From Cenococcum geophilum (Eukaryota), in NCBI GenBank assembly GCA_050273025.1, contig CP158635.1, positions 23,436,001-23,500,000 on the forward strand: DNA of 64,000 nucleotides. Reading direction: 5' to 3'. The notes beneath the pieces are model-generated. The model ran no database searches. It worked only from the letters and a program-made list of their open reading frames with translations, and was not told the origin of the DNA. This document shows, one piece after another, positions 52,166 to 64,000 of the stretch. The first letter of the stretch is position 1. Each line of letters starts with the position of its first letter. Both the position numbers and the translations under genes were made by a program.

Positions 52166-54693
52166 CGCACCTAAGTAAAGACCTATGGTAAGGAACTAGC
52201 TAACCTAGCTAAGCTCTATACCGACGAATCTAAGTATAGCGGTGAAAACGATAACTTTAACTTTAAACTAACTATCTTTACGGACCTCTGCCAGAAGGCT
52301 GATATTCCTAAATAGGAATTTAGCCAAGCCTACTCTACTATGCTGCGCGGCCTAGCACTTAACCACTACTACACCAACCTTAAGAGTAACCCCCTTAGTG
52401 TTCCCTTTAATAAGCTATATAAAGCTACCCGTAACTACTTTAAAGGACTGGAATATAAGCGTAATATTCTTACCTAATAAAATGCGACCAAGCTACAGAC
52501 TATAATCGACAAGAATACTAAAAAATCGACTATAGAGTATCTGCAAATTCTTATTAAAGACCTTTGGCACCTATAGCACGGCCTTAACGCCAAGCTTCAA
52601 ATAGACGACTTCCTGTATAACAAACTTATTACGGCCTGCCAGGAAGTAGAGCCCTATAAGTACGCCTATTATAAGCCTGCAGACACCTTAGCTGGCCTTA
52701 TTAACGATTTACGGTCCTCTATTGCAATATACGAAGTCTTAAACCTACCGGGTAGCACTTAAGCCTTTGCCACGGATATTTAATATCCGTAAACAGACTT
52801 AGACGTCTACTTTACGGACCGCCGTTACCGCTAGCAGCACCCGTACCGACTAAGTCCCCATAACCCCCGCAGCAACCCCTGTACGAAAATATACCCCCAC
52901 AGATAAACCAGCTAGAAGTGCTTCGTGTGCGGTAAGGAAGGATGTTAGTCTATAAGGCATACCCAGGAAGAACGTAATAAGTCTAGGAAGAGACTTAATA
53001 GCCGTATTAACCAGTTCATTTTAGAATACGAAGGAGAGGAAGTAGAAGAGCCCCCTGATAAGTTAATAGAAGCCCTTATAATTAACTTTAACTTAAACGC
53101 TTAGGAATAAGAGACCTTAGAGATATTCCTAACCACTTTTAGACCTTTTACGGACAGCTAAGCCTTTAATATTATGACTGTATTAGCCGACTGTTCCTTT
53201 ATATACTTAGTTGCGCCTAAAAACTATTCCGTAAGTACCCCCGTTATAGACGTTACGGACCACAAACAGGACCTATTTATATATATCACTATAGAACGCT
53301 ATACCCCTAAGGAATTCTACGGTGTTATAATCGACACAGGTGCCTTTAAGAAGTCTACTATAGGCTACGGACAATATTTTGTATATAAGACCACCACAGA
53401 TAATAATACGGATATTAATATTACGTAAACTGGGGCCGTAAACGTCCAGTTCGGCATTGGCTTAACTACATTAATTAAATTAGTTAAAGTTAAGACTCTA
53501 ATTGGCCTAGTTAACTTCTATGTAATAAAAGCGGACACCCCCTTCTTACTCTATCTTATAGATATGGATAGGTTATAGGTATACTATAATAATATTACGG
53601 ACACCCTAATTGGCCCCGTAACTACCCTAGGAAGTAAGTATATTACCTTACTAATTATATAATAATTTAGACACCCGTTCCTTATATAGGGAGAGACTTT
53701 ACAAACCTATATTTAGGAATCTTTTAACTATAACCTGTGCTACCTTACTAGTACAGAAATCCACCGCCTGCACTGCTGTTTTGGCTATCTGTTAGCCGAA
53801 AAACTGTATAGAGTCTTTAAACGCTCTGGACATAACAACGTTAATAGAAAGGCAGTTAACCACCTAATTAAATACTGCTCCTTCTGCTAGAAATACGGAC
53901 GTTCCCTAGGCCGATTTAAGTTCACTCTTTATAAAGACCGTAATTTCAACCACTTAGTATACGTAGACATTATGTATATTAACGGCAGCCCAGTATTATA
54001 CATAATTAACGAGGTAACCCGCTATTAAGCCGCCCGTTGGCTGCAAAATATATCCGTAAAATACACTTAGGATATTTTACGGACCTGCTAGATTAATATA
54101 TACGTTGGACCCCCTAAGTATATTACCCACAACGCTAGTAGGAACTTTATTAGCAAGGAATTCCAGTAGTATATTATAGCCATGGCTATATTAATAAAAG
54201 CTGTCCTAGTTAAGGTATATTGGTCTATTGGACTTGTTAAGCGAGCTTACCTAGCCTTATAGAGAGCTTACTAGATTATTACGGACGAATGTAAGGACAT
54301 CTAAAAGGAACTAGCTCTACAGATGGCTGTAAAAGCTATTAATAATACCGCTGGCCCTAACGGACTAGTACCTACCCTCTTGGTTTACGGAGCCTACCTA
54401 AGAATAAGCAACCTAGGCCCTCCTACCCCGTTTATTATAGAATAAGTAGCTACAATATGGAAGGCAATAGCCGAGATAGTTAAGCTACGGGCTAAACAAA
54501 CTGTTAATAACGCCTTATACTACCACAATGGACCTAATACAACCTTAGTATATAACCTCCCGCTTAACTCTAAAGTCCTTATATAGTGTAAAAGCGGCAG
54601 CTAGAATGGACCCTATTGTTTACTGGCCGTAGAAAACAAGACGTGCTGTATATAGCTTCCTAGCGGGCTAACTAGCTTTAGAAGCACGTCCGT

Positions 54694-57600
54694 TGTCATA
54701 GTGCTGCAATAAAGTAGACTGAATAACTACGTTATAGTATGAAGAGGGGAAGAAGGTGGAAAGGGGGTATTGTATATAAATAGTAGGGCCGGCCGCCAAG
54801 TCGCTAGTGGTGGGCTAGCTAATAGTAGGGAACAGTATGAGACAGTATGAAACAGTATGCGTTAGGTTAGTGCCGTAACAGTACTCCTCTCCCCTAGATA
54901 GTTTGGTCCCCAAACTGAATAAATAACTTAAAAATAGGCAGTATACGGGGTTGCCTATTTTTTACCGTAAAGATGTTAGTTCCGCTCACCGCCCTTAACT
55001 AAGCTAATGGCGATTTTCTATACCGGGCATGGAAAATCCTAATTGGTTAGTTTAGTGAGTAAGGTTGGCAGAACTCTATACTGCCACCCGAATTAGTCCG
55101 TGTGGCGTTTCTTGGTAAGAATTTGGCTAATTAGACAACTTTAACCGCTGGTTAAAGTTTTATAACATCTTAACCACCACAAATTTTAATACGGTGGTCG
55201 GCCGCGACCTTAGTATGACTTTTCCTTATCTTGTGCCTAGTCTGGGGGTCCTGGCTTCTTAGGGTGTTGCTTATAAAAGCGCTATATAGCTTATTTATAA
55301 CCCTTTAGGTCTTCCTCTAGCTACTAGGTTATATCCTTATAATATTTCTATTTAATCTTATAAGTTAGGCCCTAGGGGTCTTCGTCGTATACATTAAGGA
55401 TTTTCTTAAACTCCTATTTATCTTCTATGTTGCCGTCATCGTCTCTCTTTACTACTTGTTCTTATATATTACGGCGCTCTATAGTATTAATATTTGCTTG
55501 GCTAGGGATCTCTTTAGTAGCCTAGAGGCGGACCTTAGATGTATAAAAGGATTTATTTACTTAGATATGGTCTAGGAGGTTTATTATAACTACCCCTTAG
55601 TATACTGTAAGTATAGGGTATAGGCCGTCCCATTTATTGTCCTATTTCTTCTTAGGTTTGTTTATCTTTATATTTTCTAAGCTAACCATAACTATATTAC
55701 CTTCGTAAAATAACGCGCTCTTATCCCTATAGGTATTAGTATTATCTTTATAGCGTTACTATAAAATCCGGGCTAGGGCCTTAAGCTATATTAATATCCG
55801 CTTAAAGCGGTTGGCCATAGAGTCTGCGCGGAAAAACTCCTTTTTTACTTATACTGATAGTGTTAGTAGGCAGGGGCTAGTAGGCTTAATTTCAAGGTGA
55901 GGGTTAAAGCTATAATTTATAAAAAACGGGGAGATGCCTATACTCTTGTTAACTTAGTTATTTGTGGCAAACTTAGTAAGCGGTAGGTAGTTAACCTAGT
56001 TATCCTATATAAAGCTAACAAAAGTATAAAGGTATTTATTTACGGCGGCGTTAATAATTTTAGTTTAGCCGTCCGTTTCTGGGTACTAGGCTAAGCTTAG
56101 TTATAAGGTTATCTTAAGGCGTTTATTTAGTCGTTACTAAAAGTTACTAATAAATTATATACCGTAATTGGAGATAATTATGCTTAGTGCACCGTAGAGC
56201 TTATATACGTTATTAATAAAGCTATTAACTAACTCCTCTGTTAAGAGTCCTGTTACTAAAATAAGGTATTGTATTTTAGTTAGGCAGTCTATAATAATAA
56301 GGATATATTTATATACCTTACTATAGCGTTAGTATACTAGTAGCGTTGTAATATAGTTAATTAAGATATCGGTCTATAGGCGGGTGGGTAATTCTAGTGG
56401 CTTTAGGAAACTGGGTGGGGCAAAATAGGGGGTCTTAGTGCAAAAGTATAGGGCATAGTTTTTAATGAAGGTAGCTATAAACTAGGAGATTCCTGGCTAC
56501 TAGTATATTTGGTTTAAGAGGTTAAAAGTCTTAATCTGGCTAGGGTAACTAGCGGGGCCGCTGCTATAAGAGTAATAGGTAACTTCTAGGTAAAGGTCTA
56601 GGGCGTTAGGGACGAAGAGATATTAGCGGAAGTAGATCTATTTGTTAATAATACTGCATTCTAACTTATTATAATAGAGTAATTTCCTAATTTTCTTTAG
56701 CTAATAGCGAGCTTTCCAATTACACAGGGCTGCCACTATATCTCTTACGAGTTTATTCTCCTAATATCTTAGCCAGATTAACTCGTCTAGTAACTTTTCG
56801 GCTATTTTAGGGTCTAGAGCGGCTATAAACTCCGTATTGTTAGAGTTACGGGACTTATATAGTAATTCTTCTAAGATTATAGGGTTAACTTTCTAAGGCG
56901 GTATAATGACTTAGGCTCAGTGGCGGATGCGTTTATTATTAGCGTCCTTAGGCCTTATTTCTAGTAGCTAGCTTAGGGCGTTAGGGAGCGTGGCTTTGCT
57001 GCTAGGTCTGTATATAATTATAAAGTTAAACTATAAAAGGAACTTTACCTACTAGACTTGGCACTAGTTTAGCTACTTAGTAGTTATAAACGTCTGTAGG
57101 TTCTTATAGTCGGTAATAATTTTAAACGGCTCCTTAGTCCCTTATAGCTTAGGACGCTATTCTTCTAAAGCCTTAATAATAGCTAGGAGTTCTTTATTAT
57201 AGATTTTATAGTTATATTCTGGCGCGGAGTGCTTTATGGAGAAGAATGCGACTAGTCTTAATTTTCCGTTATTATTATACTGGGAAAGGACTCCGCTAAA
57301 AGCCTAATTTGATATATCTATCTCTACCACTGTTTTCTTCGTATAGTTATAGTATGCTAGTACTAGTGCTGAAGTAAAGGCTCCCTTAAGGGCCTTAAAC
57401 GATTTGGCTTATTTTGGTCCCTATAGCCATCCGATATCCTTCTTTAGAAGTTTTATTATAGGTATAGCGATGGTAGAGTAGCCTTAGATAAATTATTGGT
57501 AGAAGTTCGCGAAGCCAAGAAATTATTATAGTTCTTTAATTAATGTTGGGTCCTTCTATTCCTATAAGGCCTGTATCTTCTTAAGGTCTATAGTTATACC

Positions 57601-60600
57601 ATTAGTTAAGATAATTAAGCTAAGGTATTTTATTTTAGTAGAGTAGAACTTAGACTTATTAATATTAATTTAAAGTCTAGTATTGCTAAGTCTTTGGATA
57701 ACTTTATTTATATACTTAGTGTGCTTAGCGCGTGTTTTAGAAAAGATAAGGACGTCATTAAGGTAGGTAGTGCAATAGTCGTTAAGGGCGTTATATAGAA
57801 TATGGTTAATATAGTTCTAGAATATAGTAGGTGCGTTATAGAGGCCGAATAGTGTAATTAGTATTTTATAGAGTCCGAACCGGGTAATAAATGCTATAAG
57901 CTACTTATAGCCCTCCGTAATCCGGATTTAGTTAAACGCAGTAATTATATTAAGTTTAGTAAAGTACTTAGCGCTATAAAGTACGTTAAGTGTCTCGCGG
58001 ATTAGTGGCAGTGGGTATTAATTCTTAATAGTAACTATATTTAGGCCTTAGTAGTTATAGTAGATTTATATACCGCCGCCGGGCTTAATAGCGAGGAGGA
58101 GTAGTACGGTAGCTAGTAAGGTTAATTCGCAGATAAAACCCTTATCTAGCATCTTATTAATCTACTTTTTTACATACCTAAGTTTAGCAGGTAAGAGTAG
58201 TCTATTTTTATAGTACGGGGCCTAGTTTCTAGGGGTAATCTTAATTTTATGGTCCTATAGTCGGTAAGGGGGTAGCTTATCTACGTTCTTAGGGAGGAAG
58301 TACTTAATATATTTACTAAACTCCTTTAGTAGGCGTTATAGAATATCTTTACGGGTTAATCCTGGTTTACCTTTTAGGAATTTTTTAACATTGGTGTTGA
58401 CTATCTTCCGATATAAAAGCTCGGGTTTAGTTTTTAGATTTATCTTAAGGAAGTTATAGAAATAGGGGGGGAGCGCTTTACGGGCTTCCTTTATCGTATA
58501 GTCGCCTTCCACTAGCTAGCAGAAAGACCTTTCTAATAGGTTTAGTACTTCTATTAGGCCTATAGGCAGCTCTTTAAGCAGCTATTGGTGCTTATCTTAT
58601 TTAACTAGTTCTACTAGCTCCGCTATATAGATCCTTATTACCTTTACGTCTTTTTGTTTATAGAACTGGGTAAAATTAATAGTATGGGTATATTTAATAT
58701 TGTTTAGGTTAGGGCGTATCTAGCTCTCTAGTGCTATGGCTAGGCTAATATAGCTTAGTTAGCCTAGGGGGGCGGAAACGAGGTGGTGGCCCTGTATGGT
58801 ACGCGCAGGAGATAGGTATAAGGTTAGGCGTTACGGTGGCGCGGTTTCTATTATTTGGGTCTTAGTAGTTCTATAGCCAGTCCTTACTATAACGCGAGCT
58901 GTTATATACGTATATAGTATATAGCTTAGTTCTAGGTGTCGGGCTAGGCGGCTAGGGTTTAAATAGTGCCTAGGTTAGGGTTGGTTTCTTAGTAATAGTG
59001 GCGCGAAGCGGACCTTCTTCCTTGGTCTTAGCAGGGCTGGCTAGCCCGTCGTTTTAGTCTTAAGTGCTAGGTTAGTCCAGTCTTTTATTATCTTATTTCT
59101 TTGCAGCTATACAGGCTCCCCTTTATTAGGAACGTCTTCTACTATTAGGGCTTTATATATAGTCCTAGGCACTAGGCTTAGTAGTGCTAAGTATCCATAT
59201 AGGGCGTCCCTACTAACGTCGGCTATTCCCCACGGGAGGTAGTGCCTAGAGTAGTAGTCTAAGTTAAAGCGGATCTTAAGTTTCCTAAAGCTAGGACGGG
59301 GCTTATGCTTCTAAAGCCAGGGCATACCTAGGATAATTAGGGTAGTGGGTAAGAGTTTAGTAATAAAAAAGAGCATGGCTTTAGTATAGAGGCCGATTAA
59401 TATTTAGGCGGTAAAGTAGTCTATAATAAGCAAAGTTAGGATACTATCTGCGAGGCGTAGTGGCCTAGGTGCTAGCAGCTTCTTAGTTATAACGTTATAC
59501 TTTCTTATAATAGACTCTACGTCGGTAAATACTATTATAGTACTACTAGAGTCCACTAGGCTTACTATATTAATATAAACTTGGGGGTATAGGTTATATA
59601 ATAAGGAGAGTTAGGTTTAAATAAGAATTAATTTCTTATTACTATTTGCTAATTTAAGATTAAGTAGCAGTTTACTAATAGAAAGGACTAATTAATCTAG
59701 TAATAGGGACCTAATCTTCTCGTCTTCCTCCTTATATGGTTTAAACCCTTAGGCGTGACTTAGTCTAAGGGTTTACCTTTTAATGACTAGGGTACGGGGC
59801 TATCTTAGTAAGGTGGTCTAGTGTCTGTCTAGCTGGCGGTGTCTATCTTTGTTTTGGTTGGGGTATAGGAAAATAATACCTTGCCAACAATGTGGCCGTG
59901 TTTGTATTCGCTAGCGCGAAGTCGCTAATACTAGGCGTTATTAACGGGTTAGGCTCCTATATAGGGTATAGTTTAGAGTAACTAAGCCATAGGGTTAAAG
60001 GGGGGGGTTATCCGCCGCGGCTATAATAGGCTCTATAGTTGCCGCGTCTATAATAGACTCCACAATCACTGCGTCCGCGGTTATTTATTCGCGTTGTTTA
60101 ATAGGGTGGCATTAGGACTAGGTTTGCTGTTTTGGCGGGGTTATAGGCATCCTTCTAGTGGCCGGGCAGGCCATAGGTAAGGCACAGTCTATTATTAATA
60201 TGGCGCTTACGCTCCGTGTTTAAGATTTTATTAAGGTCTATAGGTTCTCTAGTTACTACTAGGGTTAGGGTTGACATAGGGGCAGGGGCTTAGGCAGGTA
60301 GGCAGTAGTTAGCGTTCTTTTTAAGGTTAGCTTAGTGTATATAGTTTATAAGGTTCTTAGCAAATATATTTATCTGCTTGCTCTAACCTATATAGTCGCT
60401 GTTATTAATTTTATAGGCTAGTCTAAGTACCAGCTCTTCCATCTTCGGAGAGATAAACTTTTGGAATAGGTCCACCTTCTATTTGTCTGTCTTCTTAGCG
60501 CGGACTATTAGCTTATTAAGCTCTCCCTTCCAGGACTAGTAATTACGCTCGCCTTAGGGGAAATGGTTAAGCTTGTTTTTTGCGACTTGGGTTATATTAA

Positions 60601-61607
60601 GGACCTTATAGTAGGTAGTAAGGTCTTTAAGCATATCTTCCTTAGTAGGCCATTTCTACGTAGATGTGTTATTTAGGTTCTTATGCATAAGCTCTAGGCC
60701 CTGCTTAATAAACTTATAGGCCTTATCCTCTAGTATATCTGAGATATAAAGGATCTGGGACTAAACTGTGTTAAAGTAGTCCTAGTCCCGGTTAAAGACT
60801 CCCTTAATCTTAATATGCTAGGTCTTAAAATTAGCTTATTATTCTAGCGGGGTACCTTTTCCGCTAAATATTAGCGGGTCTTTAGATCTCCGTTTTTTCT
60901 GCTAGGTTACTACCGTTATTATAGGGGTTAATTGTTTTAGAACGGTAATAGTCTCTGCCTAGGAGTTAATAGTTCCTATCTAGGAAGTAATAAGGGCACT
61001 AAGGTTTTTGTTGGCTTTCTTATTGGCGGTATTTGTGTTATATATACACTATAGTTCTACTTTAATATTATTAAGGAACTTATTGGTATAGTTAATAAGG
61101 GTAAGGTAAGCTTTGCTAGGCTTAAAGGTCTTAGGGTATAGTAGGGAGCGGCGGATTATCCACGCGATATTAGGGTATATCTCTGTAAATAGGTCTATAA
61201 AAACGTCGCGGGGGTTCTAGGTTTCGGCTATTTCGGCGTTATTAGTGTCGCCCATTTAGGCGCTAGGTAAAAACTAAGGATTATTCTAGGACTGTGCTAG
61301 GGATGTATTGGTTTTAGTAGAGGCGCGCGTAGGTTGCGATTACTCTAGGGCGAAGGTTAATTGGCTAGGGTACGGGGAATTAGTGATCGCGATAGGGCGC
61401 AAATTAAAGATACCATAAACTGTTACAGTGCTGCAATAAAGTAGACTAAATAACTACGTTGTGGTATAAAGAGGGGAAGAAGGTAAAAAGGGGGTATTGT
61501 ATATAAATAGTAGGGCCGGCCGCTAAGTCGCTAGTGGTGGGCTAGCTAACAATAGGGAATAGTACGAGACAGTATGAAACAGTATGCGTTAGGTCAGTGC
61601 CGTGACA
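54694..61607 (-). mobile_element. Gypsy/Ty3 chromovirus F, full length
   Basis: 187-bp LTRs at 54694-54880 and 61421-61607. TSD TCCGT at 54689-54693 and 61608-61612. Polypurine tract GGGGAGAGGAGTAC. RT YLNDVLIFS, integrase, and chromodomain at ~55300-55430. Confidence 0.92.
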
Positions 61608-64000
61608 TCCGTAAAACCCTACTTTCGGCCTAAAACTACCTATGACGTTAAGCTAGACGAACTAGAAGCAATCACTAAACTAGATAAACCAGAAGCGACT
61701 GCCGAATTAGACGAACTGGAAGCACCCTTGCCTACCCTAGAAGTCCCCTAGAAACCTACTAAACCTACTAAACCTACTATAAAGCGTGGCCGAGGACGCC
61801 CCTATAAGAACCCTATAATAGAGAATTACCTAACCTCCGCAGGTATATCCGTAAGGCAATCTCCGCCTATAGATATATTAGTTCTAGTATAGGAAACCCC
61901 TTTTACGGACTTACGACGTAAAGAGATTAACGGACTACTTAAAAAGGGCGTCTTTGCGGTTATAACGGAGAGAGACGTTCCGTAAGGCGTCTGTATATTT
62001 AACTTATGCTTTATTAATAAAATTAAGCACCCTAGTACTAATAAAGCTTTTAAAAAATTAAGGTTTATTATACAAGCCTATAATGACTAAGGAAAGGACC
62101 TAGTCCTTACGCAATCGCCCATAATTTAACGAGTTAGTTAATGGATTATACTTGCACTTACGCCTGGACTACAGTAAAGTAAACCCGTAGTACTTTACCT
62201 ACGGGATATCTCGCAAGCCTATGTGCAGTCTAATACCTACCTAAGTAGGGACATCTTTATACGGCCACCCCCCGAGCTTAACCTATAACTAGGAATAATC
62301 CTATAGGTTGTAAAACCTCTATATAGAGTACCAGAAGCTAGAAACTATTGGTTTAAGACGTACCACTAGTATTACGTTAGTAAGCTTAAAATGGAACAGT
62401 TAACCTATAACCCCTACCTCCTATACAGCCTATCGAACGGCCTTAGTATTGTTAGACTCTAAATAGACAATACCCTATTCCTAGCAGACTAGACCTTTGC
62501 GGACGCTAAAGAAACTAAACTATAAAAGGCCAAGTTCTTAGCAAAGCCGTAAGAGTAGTTAACTAAGTAGAATCCGATTAAGTTTAACGGAGGCTTAATT
62601 ATATAAAAGGGCAATTTAATCTAGCTAACTTAGAAACGCCAAGCTTAAAACCTAAAGCCCGTTATAGTAAAGCCTATAGACCTTACTAGTTCCTATAGAG
62701 AGACCCGTAAGACCGTAAATATAAAGGACTAATACGCTGCACAGCGTGCAAGAGGCGCCTATATTGCTACAGTTTGCCAACCTAAATCTACCTACGACTT
62801 ATCCTTTGCGGCCCAGGCAACAGACCTATAAGAAGAAAATGTTAAGCAGCTTAATAAGCGCATTTAGTGGCAAATTAACAATATAGTAAGGGGACTTACC
62901 TTTATACCACTAAACCTAAACTCCCTTAGCCTACTAGTATTTACGGACACCTCCTTCGCCAATAATAAAGACCTATTATTATAAATCGGCTTTATAATTA
63001 TACTTACAGACCGCAATTAGGACGCAAATATACTATATTAGTCTTTAATTAAGTGCAAATAAGTAACCTAAAGTGTACTAGCTTCTAAACTATATACACT
63101 AGCCTATAGCTTTAATATAGCAGCCGTAATCAAATTAACGGTTTAGAAGATTCTATAACTGGAGCAGTTACCCCTAGTTTTATGCACCAATTTAAAGTCC
63201 CTCTATAACTGCCTAGTTAAACTAGGTACGATATAAGAGAAGAGGCTTATAGTCGACCTAATATGCTTACGTTAGGCCTACAAACGACGCGAGATTACGG
63301 AGGTTAAATGGATTAGCGGCGGAAACAACCTAGCAGATGCTATAACTAAGGCAAAGCCGTGTTAAGCCCTTAAAACCCTAATTAACACGAATAGGCTTAA
63401 CCTAGAAGTTATAGAATAGGTAGAACGGGACTAATAGAGCACCTACGGTACGTCTACGGCCCGTTAGAAGGCCGTACGGCTCGTTATACGGTACAGGTAA
63501 AAAACGGTAGAAAGCTACGGTAGAACTTAGTGGACTTACGTGACCTGCCGAATTTTGTAGGGTAGTTGAATTAACTAATCACGATTTTCTATCCCCGGGA
63601 TGGAAAATCGCCATTAGCTCGCTTAGCACTAGCGCCTTAGCGGCCCTTAAGATCTAACTTACGACCAGTTTAGAGCACCGTCTGGAAGGCAGTCTAGATG
63701 GCACCTTAGGGGGAGATTTCCTATGTACTTCCTTCACATCTTATGGTTCTATTTCTTATGTATTTCTTCTGTATTTTATAGTTCTATTAAAGCAATTACG
63801 GAGGCTGTATATAGGTGGTTTTATTTTTCAAGTACCGCTAGTGTATAATTACAGCACCTGTACCGACCGCATGCTTACGCGTTCGGTACACTAGGTACGC
63901 GTTTACGCGTTCGATGCACCAACTACTCGCTTACGCGTCTGGTGCACTTATAAAGCACTAACTAATTAGGGGGAGGCGCGTCAGTATATAGACCACGTAG

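Larger units (their letters stand above)
17281..64000. other. AT-rich RIP-mutated nested-transposon island
   Basis: Abrupt TpA excess and CpA/TpG depletion. Transposon ORFs are broken by TAA/TAG at Gln/Trp codons. Copies differ mostly by C>T and G>A transitions. Confidence 0.95.
44819..64000 (+). mobile_element. Copia LTR retrotransposon D (second family), interrupted by two Gypsy elements; 3' LTR truncated by the window edge
   Basis: 5' LTR 44819-45125 (TGTATAATT...TAACA) repeats from 63842. Contains gag knuckle CFVCGKEGC, protease IIDTGA, integrase, RT (LQTDD-like near 62460) and RNase H (N.ADAITK). Confidence 0.9.

Noticed and set aside
26321..53428. Short ORFs in the ORF track within the AT-rich region, read as host genes
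   Set aside because: They are chance or antisense frames, or fragments of RIP-broken transposon ORFs (33819-34019 is Copia RNase H, 53174-53428 Copia protease, 50123-50305 a Gypsy gag knuckle).
17281..64000. Alternative genetic code, organellar insert or contamination as the cause of AT richness and frequent TAA/TAG
   Set aside because: Directional C>T and G>A differences between repeat copies and recognisable transposon domains indicate RIP.

Overview
Fungal (filamentous ascomycete) genomic DNA with two sharply separated compartments. Bases 1-~17,280 are gene-dense, GC-balanced and intron-containing. They hold a disabled PaxB/AtmB-type membrane terpene cyclase, a TDP1-like phosphodiesterase, an F-box-like protein, a secreted GH127-like glycosidase, the COMPASS subunit ASH2/BRE2 divergent from bystin/ENP1, a DUF427 protein, an NmrA-like protein and the 5' stub of an interrupted gene. 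Bases ~17,281-64,000 are an AT-rich, RIP-mutated stack of nested transposons that can be ordered from LTRs and target-site duplications (TSDs). The stack contains a hAT DNA transposon, three copies of one Copia family (A, B, C), a second Copia (D), two chromodomain Gypsy elements (E, F), three Tad1-like LINE copies and a 163-bp solo LTR. Most notable: (1) a palindrome plus CCAAT-box module shared by the 3' UTRs of Copia and Gypsy elements; (2) a chimeric LINE whose replaced 5' half begins with a lightly mutated, highly structured ~150-nt segment; (3) a solo LTR flanked by a 29-bp duplication. All assignments come from manual reading and motif recognition; no searches were run.
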